Shown: positions 40,420 to 50,567, counted from the stretch's first letter. The stretch is 64,000 bases of DNA from Candidatus Poribacteria bacterium (GCA_965218095.1 OZ244587.1:5568001-5632000); one strand, 5' to 3'. The notes: generated by a model from the sequence alone, not told the origin. Numbers and translations: made by a program.

Positions 40420-41967
40420 TCAGCGGGATTCTTGTCGAAGCCCTATCCAGAGGCAGGCCGCCATTCCCAATAGGACAATGGCGAACGGGAAGCCGGTTGC
40501 GAGCGAAGCCGCCTGCAACGACTTCAGACCGCCGCCAAGTAGCAACGCGATGGCAACCAACCCCTCAAGACTACACCAGAACACGCGTTGAGGAACCGGC
40601 GCGTCAATCTTGCCGCCGGCTGCGATGGTGTCAATGATCAGAGAGCCGGAGTCCGACGAGGTAACGAAAAAGACGATTGTCAGCATCATCGCGACGGAGG
40701 CAAGTAGGGTTGTCAACGGCAGTTCATCGAACATTTTGAACAACGCAAGTTCCAACTTCCAAGCCTCAACGTTCTCGGTCACACCCGTATAGCCATCAAC
40801 CATGTGCTGATGGAGCGCGGTACCGCCAAAGGCAGCGAACCATAGTAAACATAACAACGTCGGCAGAAGGAGCACAAAGATCACGAACTGGCGTACCGTA
40901 CGCCCCTTTGAAATGCGGGCGATGAAAGTACCGACGAACGGCGCCCAAGCTATCCACCATGCCCAGTAGAACGTGGTCCAGTCGTGCAGGAAGCCGGTAT
41001 CCTCGCGCCCAATCCAGTTGCTGAGTGGCACAATCCTCATGAAATAGTCACCAAGCCCAGCGAAGATACTGCGGACAATGTAGAGCGTCGGGCCAAGTAT
41101 GATAACAGCCAACAGCAACAAAAAGGCGACAATTATATTGAACTGGCTCAGACGCTTGATCCCGACATTAATACCGGTCAGCACGGATGTCATTGCGATG
41201 GCTGTTATCACCACAATCAACACCACCATGGTGACGCTATTCGCGGGAATGTCAAACAGATAGTTGAGACCGGATGTGACCTGTTGTACCCCCAATCCGA
41301 GCGAGGTTGCGAGTCCAAACATCCCTGCGAATATGGCAAACGTATCAATGATATGGCCAGGCCAGCCCCAGACTCGGTCACCGAGCAGTGGATAGAACAC
41401 CGAGCGGATGGTGAGGGGCAATCCCCGGTTGTAGGCGAAAAATCCGAGAGCAAGTCCGACGACACCGTAGATTGCCCAACCGTGTATCCCCCAGTGGAAG
41501 ACCGTCGCCGCTATGCCGGCGGTAGCGGCCTCCGCCGTTCCGGCGGTAATGCCGAGCGGGGGATTCTGCAGGTAGTACATCGGCTCCGCCACTCCGAAAA
41601 ACAGCAGACCAATGCCCACGCCTGCCGCGAAGAGCATCGCAAGCCAGGTTAAGTTGGAGTACTCGGGTTTCGCATCTGCGCCCCCGAGGCGCACCTTGCC
41701 GAGTGGAGAAAATGCCACAAACAGACAAAACAGAAAGACAAGATTGGCGGTAATCATGAACAACCAATCAAGGTTCGTAGTGAGCCAAGTGCGGGTGTTT
41801 CCAAAAACTTTTGTCGCGCCCTCCTGAAAGACGAGTGATCCAACGACAAATGCCACGATGGCAATGCTGGAAATCACGAATACCGGAGTCAAGTAGATAT
41901 CTAAACCGAATAATTTCCGGTACTCCCTTTCCTCCGGTAGTTGGGGTTGTTTTCCTTCTTCACGCAT
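40420..41967 (-). CDS. BCCT-family (betaine/choline/carnitine) transporter
   Basis: WLAMLFAAGVGIGLLFFG, FHWGIHGWAIY, WTTFYWAWWIAWAPFVGTFIARISKGRT and FFVTSSDSGS. Confidence 0.95.
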   Translation of the reverse strand: MREEGKQPQLPEEREYRKLFGLDIYLTPVFVISSIAIVAFVVGSLVFQEGATKVFGNTRTWLTTNLDWLFMITANLVFLFCLFVAFSPLGKVRLGGADAKPEYSNLTWLAMLFAAGVGIGLLFFGVAEPMYYLQNPPLGITAGTAEAATAGIAATVFHWGIHGWAIYGVVGLALGFFAYNRGLPLTIRSVFYPLLGDRVWGWPGHIIDTFAIFAGMFGLATSLGLGVQQVTSGLNYLFDIPANSVTMVVLIVVITAIAMTSVLTGINVGIKRLSQFNIIVAFLLLLAVIILGPTLYIVRSIFAGLGDYFMRIVPLSNWIGREDTGFLHDWTTFYWAWWIAWAPFVGTFIARISKGRTVRQFVIFVLLLPTLLCLLWFAAFGGTALHQHMVDGYTGVTENVEAWKLELALFKMFDELPLTTLLASVAMMLTIVFFVTSSDSGSLIIDTIAAGGKIDAPVPQRVFWCSLEGLVAIALLLGGGLKSLQAASLATGFPFAIVLLGMAACLWIGLRQESR

Positions 41968-42037
41968 TTTCAAAATTCTCCTTCTAGTTGGACCTAGTTG
42001 GACAGACACAGCGGGCTGTCCCTACAAGCGTAGACGT

Positions 42038-43303
42038 TTAGAAATAATAACCGAAGTTAAAATTAACCCGCCAATTCCACGTGTCATTTCCGTTGGCACC
42101 AACATCACCAATACCCTCATAGATGTTAGCGTAGACATCCCCATCGTTACCGACAAAGGTGTTGCCGTTGGAAAGTGCCAGATCGCTATAGATGTACAGG
42201 CTACCCAAGACCGTCCAGCTCGCACCCAGTGTCACCAAGGTACTGCTGTTGAAGTCACTCTCCGTTTTGAGGACAGTGCTTGCTTCAACATAAGGTGTGA
42301 CGCTGTCAATCCATGAGATGCCTGATGTATCTATGCCGCCGTAGCGCAGTGATAGCGCGGGGATTAATCCCTTGGATGCTATGGGCCAGGCGAAATCGTA
42401 AGCCCCCATTGGAATCAGGTCGCCGGTGCCCCAGGGCGTATCATCGGTGATGTTATACGCGTAATAAGAGAATTGTGAGAAGAGCGTAAAGCCTGCGAAC
42501 GCATTCTTCATGTGCGCGGAAAACGCGTAGTGATTCGCGCCATCATCGTCCACATCTGTTCCCTTCAGCAACCCGTATTGAAGCGACGCACCTATGTCTG
42601 CGATGTTTTCAAGGGCATAGATTGCACGAAGGTTAAATTGATGTTGCTCATCAAACCCGTTTTCTTTTTTTACCTTATCATCATTTTCATCCTTAATAAC
42701 AGTGCCTGTTGAATCAGCCGTAGTATACCACCTGACAATGTCATAGCTGTATCGTGAACTCGCCAGACTATTTCCTATCGTCTGGGGCTCGCTCTGAAGA
42801 TAGTAGCCCACATCAAGGGTCAATTTGCCAAGAGTATCGCTCCATCTGATTCCCAGATCCATATCATCAGCGAGCCCAACATAAAAATGCTGGTCAAAGA
42901 ACCAACTACTAGAAACACCATAAGGACCGGGGCCGAACGGGACCCGCACAATACCAGCCTTGAGCGTGCCTAAATCACCCAGATTATACCCTAACCACGC
43001 TGTATGTATCATACTGTAGCCACTGGACTGGTCGGAATACCTGGGATACCACCGGTATTCGAGTCTGCTGCTGATGTTGTGAAAGTTAAGATCTGCATTT
43101 AGTCGGAACATCTCAAACGCGATATCGCCAATCTTTTCGCTTCGGCCGTCGTCGGTGTAAGTGCCGTAGACATAGTTCGTCCGCATGGCACCCCCAACTT
43201 TAATCGGACTTTTTTTGTCCTCCGCGTGAGCAACCAATTGTGAAACGAACAACAGCCCTACGATGCCGAGACTGAAGATTCGTTTGTGCACCAGATTTTT
43301 CAT
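42038..43303 (-). CDS. Outer-membrane porin-like protein co-transcribed with the BCCT transporter
   Basis: Signal peptide; IKVGGAMRTNY; EYRWY; alternating beta-strand pattern; C-terminal NFNFGYYF. Confidence 0.8.
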   Translation of the reverse strand: MKNLVHKRIFSLGIVGLLFVSQLVAHAEDKKSPIKVGGAMRTNYVYGTYTDDGRSEKIGDIAFEMFRLNADLNFHNISSRLEYRWYPRYSDQSSGYSMIHTAWLGYNLGDLGTLKAGIVRVPFGPGPYGVSSSWFFDQHFYVGLADDMDLGIRWSDTLGKLTLDVGYYLQSEPQTIGNSLASSRYSYDIVRWYTTADSTGTVIKDENDDKVKKENGFDEQHQFNLRAIYALENIADIGASLQYGLLKGTDVDDDGANHYAFSAHMKNAFAGFTLFSQFSYYAYNITDDTPWGTGDLIPMGAYDFAWPIASKGLIPALSLRYGGIDTSGISWIDSVTPYVEASTVLKTESDFNSSTLVTLGASWTVLGSLYIYSDLALSNGNTFVGNDGDVYANIYEGIGDVGANGNDTWNWRVNFNFGYYF

Positions 43304-43484
43304 AGCATATATCCTCCTATCTTCGTAAAGGCAGGCGAAAAACTGCTCTGCCTTTGTTTATCTGCCCCGCAAATTCTCGGAGCCATATCATCAATGCCTT
43401 CTGGCTTCGTGAATTTTTGGATACGAGAACGCTCATCGCCAGAGTAAATCTCCGGGCAATCCGTAATGAACAAACATTTTATTT

Positions 43485-43513
43485 ATTATAATCCTTGAAC
43501 AGATTAAAGTCAA
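43485..43513 (-). promoter_or_regulatory. Sigma70-type promoter for porin-BCCT, giving a ~175-nt leader
   Basis: TTGACT-N17-TATAAT on the minus strand. Confidence 0.65.
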
Positions 43514-43519
43514 TATATA

Positions 43520-43680
43520 ATAACCTAAGTTGCTACTTACATCATAGAGAAACCGAGTTTTTCACGCTTGGATTGTCTGATTTTGGGAAAATCGGTTGGA
43601 TTTTTCCTTAAATCGCGTGCCTTGTCTGTAAAAAACTCGGTTTTTGTCGCTTGGCTTATTCAGGTGGCAACCTGCGTTAT
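43520..43680. repeat. MITE-like element with AACCTAAGTTGC / GCAACCTGCGTT ends and internal AAACCGAGTTTTT...AAAAACTCGGTTT arms
   Basis: Nested inverted repeats; the arm family recurs at 44339, 45696, 45869 and 47251. Confidence 0.6.
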
Positions 43681-43702
43681 AATAACCCAAGTTGCATACT
43701 TT

Positions 43703-43880
43703 TAGGACTTACGCAGTTGAACACTCGAAGCCCCCGATGCGGAGATCGGGATTCAAAGCAACCTGACGCCCGATGAATCGGGCAACTACAGCAGGGGATC
43801 CATTAAGGAGCCCGTAGGGAACAACGATCGGCCTGTCCCGATCTTATCGGGGTGTTCCCTACTGAAGTGCGTAAGTCCTA
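43703..43880. mobile_element. MITE-like element with TAGGACTTACGCA terminal inverted repeats
   Basis: Perfect 13-bp IR; contains a GTAGGGAACA...TGTTCCCTAC REP-like palindrome and three CCCGAT..ATCGGG hairpins. Confidence 0.7.
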
Positions 43881-44108
43881 ACTTTTCATACTTTTCCGAG
43901 GAAACGGAAGAATTTGATAGAGACAAAAGAGGGTGAGAACTCACGCTAGGACTCATTTCTGGGCGGTTTGCACAGGAAGGTCCCTCGGAAAAGTACTCAG
44001 AAACCCATGTTGCCACCTAAAGAATTGGAAAGACTGGAAAATTGGAAGAGTTTATCTCTTCCAATTTTCCAGTCTTTTTCCTTCCACACCTTGCTCAAAA
44101 TGTAAAGT

Positions 44109-44300
44109 TTATTCTTGAAACTTGCTTACCGATGTGCGGGGGATGTTGTGTTTCGAGTATGATTTGCCTGCGGGCATGGGTAAATTCAGCCTCGAATAAT
44201 CTTGGGTTTGGGCAACGGAAACCGGTGGGAGCAGCAGGCTTGCCTCGAAGGAGAGGGAGAGCAATACGAGAAGCGTGAAACGAAGTGCTTGGGTTTTCAT
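44109..44300 (-). pseudogene. Truncated secreted-protein N-terminus (WD40-protein-like start)
   Basis: AGGAG RBS; signal peptide MKTQALRFTLL... resembling the LRR protein leader, then AQTQDYSRLNLP and loss of coding character. Confidence 0.5.
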
Positions 44301-44421
44301 TGGTTTAGGCTCCTCACTAGCTTGATAACAAATGTGTCAGAAACCGAGTTTTTTAGAAAAACTCGGTTTCTCGATTCGACTGTGCACCGGCTGTCGAAGT
44401 GCTTGGGTTTCCAAACTGGAA

Positions 44422-45648
44422 TCACTTCTCCTTCACCGGCGTTTCGGTAGGTAGATTGTCCCTTTCGATGATAGCCATTCGGGTAAGCCGCCATTCGACA
44501 CTTTCAGTGCCAACGTCAGACCACTCCCCATTCAGTGAATTCCCCATGAAGACATAGTCTTCCTCGCCCATGTCGGTGTCCGTGGGTTCATGGGGCGCCC
44601 AGTTGGTGTAGGTGACCGGCTCGCCGTTCGTCCATTGCCATTTGCCCTCCTTGGCAAAGTCGGTCAGCCCGATCCAATAGGGACGAGATCCAAAGATTTC
44701 CGCGAGCCACTTCTGCTCCGCTACATCGTTAATCGCGACCAGATGTGCCTCTTCGGCAACCGCTTGGATGTTCGCATCGTCCCAACTCTTGCAACGGATG
44801 CTTTTGTAAGCGTGTCCATTTCCCGGATTCACCACCCACACTCCCGCGCCCGGCAACGACGAGGTTGACGCTTCCGCGGACGCTTCCACCCGACCAGGGG
44901 TCACATCAGTGGGAATCGACTCGCCCTCTAATGTGAAGACCAGATCATCTTTTCGTTCTCCAACCTGAAGCAGGAACGGCTCCGCCGTTGCCGAAAGCCC
45001 TTGAAATTCCAACCAAACCGTGTAGAACCCAGGCTGCTCCATATATTTCACAAAGTAACCTACATCGTCCGTCATGGCGGATGAACTTGAGCTACCGCTA
45101 CCCATCCCATCGGGATAACGAAAGCGGGCTTTGACCCCAATCTTCGCGTTGGCAAGCGGTGTCCCGTCGGCGAAAACGATTCGACCCTGAATGCGCATCC
45201 GAGGCTTCACTTTGACTTCAACGTTCTCAATGTGTATCCCCGGCTTGATGGAAAACGTGATTCCACCAAAAGGTGGCGGTGGCAGTTCGTGCTTATAGAC
45301 GGTCACCGCCCCGATTTTGATAGATAGAATCTCATGGTCAGGCGTATAGTGAGGCAGTGCCACCAATTGGACTGAAACCGGCATGATGTTGGTGATGGAG
45401 AAACGCCCCGCGTCGCCGGTCTGTGATTCCAAAAAAGGGATGTATCCTCGTTGTTCTACACCATCAACAACTTCAAATGGCTGAACAGCTAACGCGAACC
45501 CCGCAACCGGGTTCCCCTCGACATCAACAACGCGACCGGATAAAGTGCTCGTGGCGTCCTCTGCGATGCCGGGTAACGATGAGATCAGTAAAAGTGCGAC
45601 AATCGTGGCGAGAAGTGTGAAATTTTGTCTGAAATATGAACGGTTCAT
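44422..45648 (-). CDS. Secreted carboxypeptidase-regulatory-like plus C-type lectin protein, paralog A
   Basis: LSGRVVD; WVVNPGNGHAY; HLVAIND; YWIGLTD..EGKWQW.NGEPVTYTNW..EPT...WSD. Confidence 0.88.
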   Translation of the reverse strand: MNRSYFRQNFTLLATIVALLLISSLPGIAEDATSTLSGRVVDVEGNPVAGFALAVQPFEVVDGVEQRGYIPFLESQTGDAGRFSITNIMPVSVQLVALPHYTPDHEILSIKIGAVTVYKHELPPPPFGGITFSIKPGIHIENVEVKVKPRMRIQGRIVFADGTPLANAKIGVKARFRYPDGMGSGSSSSSAMTDDVGYFVKYMEQPGFYTVWLEFQGLSATAEPFLLQVGERKDDLVFTLEGESIPTDVTPGRVEASAEASTSSLPGAGVWVVNPGNGHAYKSIRCKSWDDANIQAVAEEAHLVAINDVAEQKWLAEIFGSRPYWIGLTDFAKEGKWQWTNGEPVTYTNWAPHEPTDTDMGEEDYVFMGNSLNGEWSDVGTESVEWRLTRMAIIERDNLPTETPVKEK

Positions 45649-45923
45649 GGTAAATATCTCCTTTTGGGTGGGTTGGTTGTGAAAGATGACGTCAAAGAAC
45701 CGAGTTTCTTCATGAAATTTGAAGAATTAATCGGGTAGCGATCTTGTAGGTCGAGTTTCCAAACTCGACAGTCGCCGTGTCGAGATGTGAATCTTGACCG
45801 ACAGGTGACGCCATTATTTTATCAAAATTCATCGAAAAACTGAGTACACGTCGGCAGAAATAATGATAAGAAACCGAGTTTTTGGCAAAAACTCGGTTTC
45901 TCTGGAATCGGTCAAAACTTGGG

Positions 45924-47207
45924 TTACTTCTCCTCCACCGGCAGCTTGGCAGGCAAACCACCCTTTTCGAGGATGGCCATTCGGGTCATCCGCCATTCTG
46001 GACTTTCGGGGCCAACCTTATGCCATTTCCCGTCCGGTGAAAGCCCCATGAAGACATAATCCTCATCGCCCCTGTCGGCGTCCATCAATTTATGGAGTGC
46101 CCAGTTGGTGTAGGTGGCCGGCTCACCGCTTGTCCATTGCCATTCGCCCTCCTTTGCCACATCGGTCAGCCCAATCCAATAAGGAGCAGTGCCAAAGATT
46201 TCCACGAGCCACTGTTGTTCCGCCTCATCGTTAATCGAGACCAGATATGCATCTTCGGCGACCGCTTTCGCTTTCGCATCGTCCCAACTCTCGCAATGGA
46301 TGCTCTTGTAACTGTGACCATTTGCGGGGTTTACCACCCACGTTCCCGCATCGTCCGGGTCCACCTGACCGGGAGCTGGCTCGATGGGAATCGGCTCACT
46401 GTCGAACGTTAAGACCAGACCATCGCGTCGTTGCCCAGCTTCGAGGATAAACTGCTCCGAGGTTGCCGAAAGCCCTTGAAATTCCAACCAAACCGTGTAG
46501 AACCCGGGCTCATCCACATATTCCACAAAGTAACCCGCATCGTCCGTCTGAGGTGTGCTGCCTGAACTACCGGTGCCTGTCCCATCGAAATAACGTTGTC
46601 GGACATTGAGCCGAACCTGCGCGTTTGCAAGGGGTGTCCCGTCGGCAAAAACGATTTGACCTCGAATGCGCATCCGGGGCCGTACTGTGACCTCAACATT
46701 TTCGAGGTGTACGCCCGGCTCAATGGCAAATGTGATTCCACCGAAAGGTGGCTGTTCTTGGTGATACGGCGGATAGAAGGTAATCGCTCCGATTTCGATG
46801 GATAGCACCTCAGTGTCCGAGGCAAAAAGGTCGTCCGGGGCAAAGTCAGGTGGTAGCATCCCATCATCTGGCACATGGGCAGGTTGTGCCACAAATTGAA
46901 TCGGCCCGGGCTTGATATCCGTGACAGAAAACCGCCCCGCTTCATCGGTTTGCGATTTGAGCAGAGGGGCATATGCTTCTGGCATGAACTCCTTGAGTAG
47001 GAACGCTGGCTCCATCTCGCCATCGACGACTACAAATGGCTGAATCGCTATCGGGAGTTCGGCAATCGGATTTCCATCAATATCAACAACACGGCCGGAC
47101 AAAGTCGATGTGGCGTCCTGAGCGCTGCCGAGTGACGATGAGATCAGTAAAAGGGCGACAATCACCGCGAGAAGTGTCAGATTGGGTCTGAAATATGAAC
47201 GGTTCAT
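45924..47207 (-). CDS. Secreted carboxypeptidase-regulatory-like plus C-type lectin protein, paralog B
   Basis: Same architecture and MNRSYFR leader; YWIGLTD, YTNW. Confidence 0.88.
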   Translation of the reverse strand: MNRSYFRPNLTLLAVIVALLLISSSLGSAQDATSTLSGRVVDIDGNPIAELPIAIQPFVVVDGEMEPAFLLKEFMPEAYAPLLKSQTDEAGRFSVTDIKPGPIQFVAQPAHVPDDGMLPPDFAPDDLFASDTEVLSIEIGAITFYPPYHQEQPPFGGITFAIEPGVHLENVEVTVRPRMRIRGQIVFADGTPLANAQVRLNVRQRYFDGTGTGSSGSTPQTDDAGYFVEYVDEPGFYTVWLEFQGLSATSEQFILEAGQRRDGLVLTFDSEPIPIEPAPGQVDPDDAGTWVVNPANGHSYKSIHCESWDDAKAKAVAEDAYLVSINDEAEQQWLVEIFGTAPYWIGLTDVAKEGEWQWTSGEPATYTNWALHKLMDADRGDEDYVFMGLSPDGKWHKVGPESPEWRMTRMAILEKGGLPAKLPVEEK

Positions 47208-47305
47208 GGTAAATATCTCCTTTGAGGTTGATTGTGAAAGATGACGTCAAAGAAACCGAGTTTTTGGCAAAAACTCGGTTTCTCTGGAATCGGTCAAAAC
47301 TTGGG

Positions 47306-48571
47306 TTACTTATCCTCCAACGGTAGCTTGGCGGGCAAACTGTCCCTTTCAAGGATAGCCATTCGGGTAACCCGCCATTTTGGACTTCCGGGACCAACGC
47401 TGTGCCACTGCGCTTCCAGCGAAAGCCCCATGAAGACATAATCCTCATCGCCCCTGTCGGCGTCCATCGGTTTATGGGATATCCAGTTGGTGTAGTTGAC
47501 CGGCTCGCCGCTCGTCCATTCCCATTCGCCCTCCTTTGCAAAGTCGGTCAGCCCGATCCAATAGGGATGGGGGCCAAAGATTTCCGCGAGCCACTTCTGC
47601 TCCGCCGCATCGTTAATCGAGACCAGATGTGCATCTTCCGCGACCGCTTTCGTTTGGGCATCGTCCCAACTCTTGCAACGGACGCTTCTGTAAGCGTGAT
47701 CATTGGCGGGATTCACTACCCACGTTCTCGTACCGTCCGGCTCCACCTGACCGGGAACTGGCTCAATGGGAATCGGCTCGCTGTCGAACGTTAAGACCAG
47801 ATCCTCCCGTCGTTGTCCAGTTTCGAGGATAAACTCCTCCGACGTTGTCGAGAGCCCTTGAAATTCGACCGCAACCGTGTAGAACCCAGGCTTATCCACA
47901 TATTCCACAAAGTAACCGGCATGGTCCGTCTTGGCACCCCCACTTGAGGTCCCGATGCCCCCCCCATTGACATCCTGTCGTAGTACATCAACCTGAACCT
48001 GCGCGTTGGCAAGGGGCGTCCCGTCGGCAAAAACGATTTGACCCCGAATACGCATCCGAGGTTTTACCGTGACCACAACGTTTTCGATCTGCGCGCCCGC
48101 ATCGATTGCAAACGGGATGCCATGAAAACCAGCCGGCACAGTCGGATAGAAGGTCATCTTCCCGATTTTCAGTGATAGAATCTCACTGTCCGGTTCAAAG
48201 TTCGGATTCCCTCGCATTTGAATTTGAGGGGCTACCATGACCTGAATCGGACCAGAAACGATGTTGGTGATGGAGAAATGTCCCGCTTCATCCGTTTCGG
48301 TCTGTGGTTGGCTCCAAAGATTGATGCGTCGTTTGGCGTCTGAAATGTTACGTAGTCGCCCTAATACCTCTTTCATGGCATCACCATGGATGATTATCGC
48401 TGACCTGAGGGCTATCGGGATGCCGGAAACCGGATTCCCATCCACATCAACAACGCGACCGGATAAAGTCGATGTGGCGTCCTGAGCGGTGCCGGGTGGC
48501 GATGCGATTAGTAAAAGTGCGACAATCCCGGTGAGAAGTGTCAGATTGGGTCTGAAGTGTGAACGGTTCAT
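47306..48571 (-). CDS. Secreted carboxypeptidase-regulatory-like plus C-type lectin protein, paralog C
   Basis: Same architecture; YWIGLTD, YTNW. Confidence 0.88.
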   Translation of the reverse strand: MNRSHFRPNLTLLTGIVALLLIASPPGTAQDATSTLSGRVVDVDGNPVSGIPIALRSAIIIHGDAMKEVLGRLRNISDAKRRINLWSQPQTETDEAGHFSITNIVSGPIQVMVAPQIQMRGNPNFEPDSEILSLKIGKMTFYPTVPAGFHGIPFAIDAGAQIENVVVTVKPRMRIRGQIVFADGTPLANAQVQVDVLRQDVNGGGIGTSSGGAKTDHAGYFVEYVDKPGFYTVAVEFQGLSTTSEEFILETGQRREDLVLTFDSEPIPIEPVPGQVEPDGTRTWVVNPANDHAYRSVRCKSWDDAQTKAVAEDAHLVSINDAAEQKWLAEIFGPHPYWIGLTDFAKEGEWEWTSGEPVNYTNWISHKPMDADRGDEDYVFMGLSLEAQWHSVGPGSPKWRVTRMAILERDSLPAKLPLEDK

Positions 48572-48934
48572 GGTGAGTATCTTCTTTTAATCGGTTCGTT
48601 GTGAAAGATTGAAGAATAGGAATTACGCAAGGGGCATCAAGGCGTTTCTATTATACTATAGTTCCGCCTTCGCCTGCGGGGAGAATAAAGGGGGGAGAAA
48701 GAACGGGGAAAGAATGGTTCGTAAAACGTAAGACGCTTGCCCTGGAGGAGTGAACAGCGGACCTGCACCAACGTTGCCAACTGGATCAGAACGTTAATCA
48801 CAATGGAGACCTGAGATAAACCTCTGCATCGCCAACACCTTCATCAACCGCCTCGCCAAGCTGACGGGTAATGAGCAGAAGACAATGTGGGTCCGCTCGA
48901 AAGGTGCGCTCAACGGCTTTCTACTCGCCATAGG

Positions 48935-49717
48935 CTATTCTTCCTTGGCTCGATCTTCCATCAGGCCCACCTCCACTAGACAGCGGTCCATCTCTTTGAG
49001 CAGTTCCTTGTACTGGGCGCTGCGAAAATAGGCCCTGGCCGGGTCCATCTGGCGCAGGCCCGTTCTGTCCAAGTAGCGCATCGATCCTGTATACACCCCA
49101 TCCGCGGCGTCTTTGAGCAATTGGGCGAAACGGGCTGGTCTACAGTAGAGCAAAGGCGTCAATGACGCCATTACCTGAATGCCCGCGGCCCTGAGGCGCC
49201 GCATGGTTTTGAGGCGCACTTCAATGCGCGGGGCGTGCGGTTCGAGTTTCCGCCGCACCCGATCGTCGTCGGTAGGCACGGAAAAGCCCACACGCAGTCG
49301 CCTTCCAAAGGCTTGCAACAGCTCAAGGTCATCCAGAATCAGGTGACTACGCGTGTGCACCACGACACTTTTGGGGTTGCTCTCCAGCAATATCTTCAAA
49401 CAGCGCTGGGTGAGCCGGTACTGCCGTTCGACGTATTGGTACGGATCGGTGGCCGAACCCACGAAAATCCGCCGACCCCAAATTTTGGCGCGCGCCTTGC
49501 CCAGTAGAAAGGGGGCATTGGTCTTGGGCTGGACCCAACTGCCCCAGGGCAAAGGATGCTCGCGGGCATGGGGGAACTTCATAACATAGCAATAGGCACA
49601 GCCTATGCTGCAACCGCTGTACGGATTGAGGGTATACTCGGTAACAGGGGGGCCGTCTTGGGGTACTAAGACCGAACGCACTGCGGTTTCTTCTATATTT
49701 AAGTGAGCATGTGCCAT
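48935..49717 (-). CDS. Spore-photoproduct-lyase-like radical SAM protein
   Basis: LNPYSGCSIGCAYCY, GSATDPYQ..E, TRSHLILDD and LEP.AP. Confidence 0.88.
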   Translation of the reverse strand: MAHAHLNIEETAVRSVLVPQDGPPVTEYTLNPYSGCSIGCAYCYVMKFPHAREHPLPWGSWVQPKTNAPFLLGKARAKIWGRRIFVGSATDPYQYVERQYRLTQRCLKILLESNPKSVVVHTRSHLILDDLELLQAFGRRLRVGFSVPTDDDRVRRKLEPHAPRIEVRLKTMRRLRAAGIQVMASLTPLLYCRPARFAQLLKDAADGVYTGSMRYLDRTGLRQMDPARAYFRSAQYKELLKEMDRCLVEVGLMEDRAKEE

Positions 49718-49723
49718 GCCCCA

Positions 49724-49752
49724 AATATACTATACAAATGTATGGTTGTCAA
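49724..49752 (-). promoter_or_regulatory. Leaderless sigma70 promoter with a palindromic operator in the spacer
   Basis: TTGACA-N17-TATATT ending 6 nt before the ATG; ACTATAC-AAAT-GTATGGT palindrome at 49729-49746. Confidence 0.65.
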
Positions 49753-49947
49753 GTCCAAAAAGTCCTGTCACCTCCACCACCACTCCCCTTTCTTGACTCC
49801 CTCTCCCTCCCGCGAAAACGGGCAAGACGGAGCAGTCCCTGCGGCATCTCGAACTCAATGTGCTCAGCGTTACCGAACAGCACCACCGCTGCGCGTTACA
49901 AGACCCTATCTCTCAACGGAGCACAGGATGTGCTCTGCCATGAGTTG

Positions 49948-50250
49948 TTAACTGTAGAATCCGGGCGTGGGGAGAAGTTCGTTCAGCATCCAGTTGCCGA
50001 TGTCGCGGATCTTGTAGTCAACCGGGTCGTGCAGCGTGAACGTGCGCGCATCGCGCCAGAAGCGGTCGTTGCGCAGGGAACCCAGGGTGGCCCGGCTGCC
50101 CATGACGTCGAAGATTCGCGAGGAAATGTCCAAGCAGGCCTTCGTCGCCGCGACCTTGGCCGCTGCAATGGCAACAGCGCACGTTCCCCGCTGATGTTCG
50201 GTGAGCTCTGTGCCGGCATCCCATGCGTCCTGAAGGATGTCATTCGCCCG
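49948..50250 (-). pseudogene. C-terminal fragment of an SfnB/DszC-like acyl-CoA dehydrogenase-family monooxygenase
   Basis: AAAKVAAT...IFDVMGSRAT...DRFWRDARTFTLHDPVDYK...PTPGFYS. Confidence 0.8.
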
Positions 50251-50279
50251 GTTATTGACTAGCATGGAGATAAGGTAAT

Positions 50280-50489
50280 AAACCGGCCAAAACGGTCGCC
50301 GTTGGAGCATCACAAGTGGTATTGACGCCCCAACAGTTGGAGGCGGTCTACGATTTACCCGTTGAGGTGCTACAGAGTTCGAGGCGGGCGGCCGTGGGTC
50401 GCGCTTTTTTTACGCATTCCCGATTGATGGAGCGGTCAATCAAAAAGCCCAAACGTTCATCTAGCTGATTGGCAAAAAGGGTTTGCCTT
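50280..50489 (+). repeat. Collapsed hmuU5'/hmuV3' remnant, copy 1 (inverted repeat of 60399-60609)
   Basis: Encodes VAVGASQVVLTPQQLEAVYDLPVEV; the reverse complement shares long identical runs with 60399-60609. Confidence 0.85.
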
Positions 50490-50567
50490 ATTTTGGCAAA
50501 TAAAATATAATATGGCCTTATGCTAGGGACAGGTTGAGATCTGTTCCTAGGTACTTATCAAAATCTG

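Larger units (their letters stand above)
44339..47283. repeat. Dispersed 33-bp palindrome AGAAACCGAGTTTTTnnnAAAAACTCGGTTTCT (44339-44371, 45869-45901, 47251-47283; half copy ~45696)
   Basis: One copy downstream of each lectin paralog. Confidence 0.85.

Noticed and set aside
44422-48571. Diversity-generating retroelement targeting the lectins
   Set aside because: No reverse transcriptase or non-coding template repeat in the window, and differences are not visibly adenine-specific.
48800-48890. Helicase-like N-terminal remnant (IANTFINRLAKLTGNEQK)
   Set aside because: Only ~20 codons; cannot be supported without a search.
50325-50340. GTTGGGGC on the minus strand as an attC core
   Set aside because: It is part of the hmuV-derived remnant (TPQQL codons).
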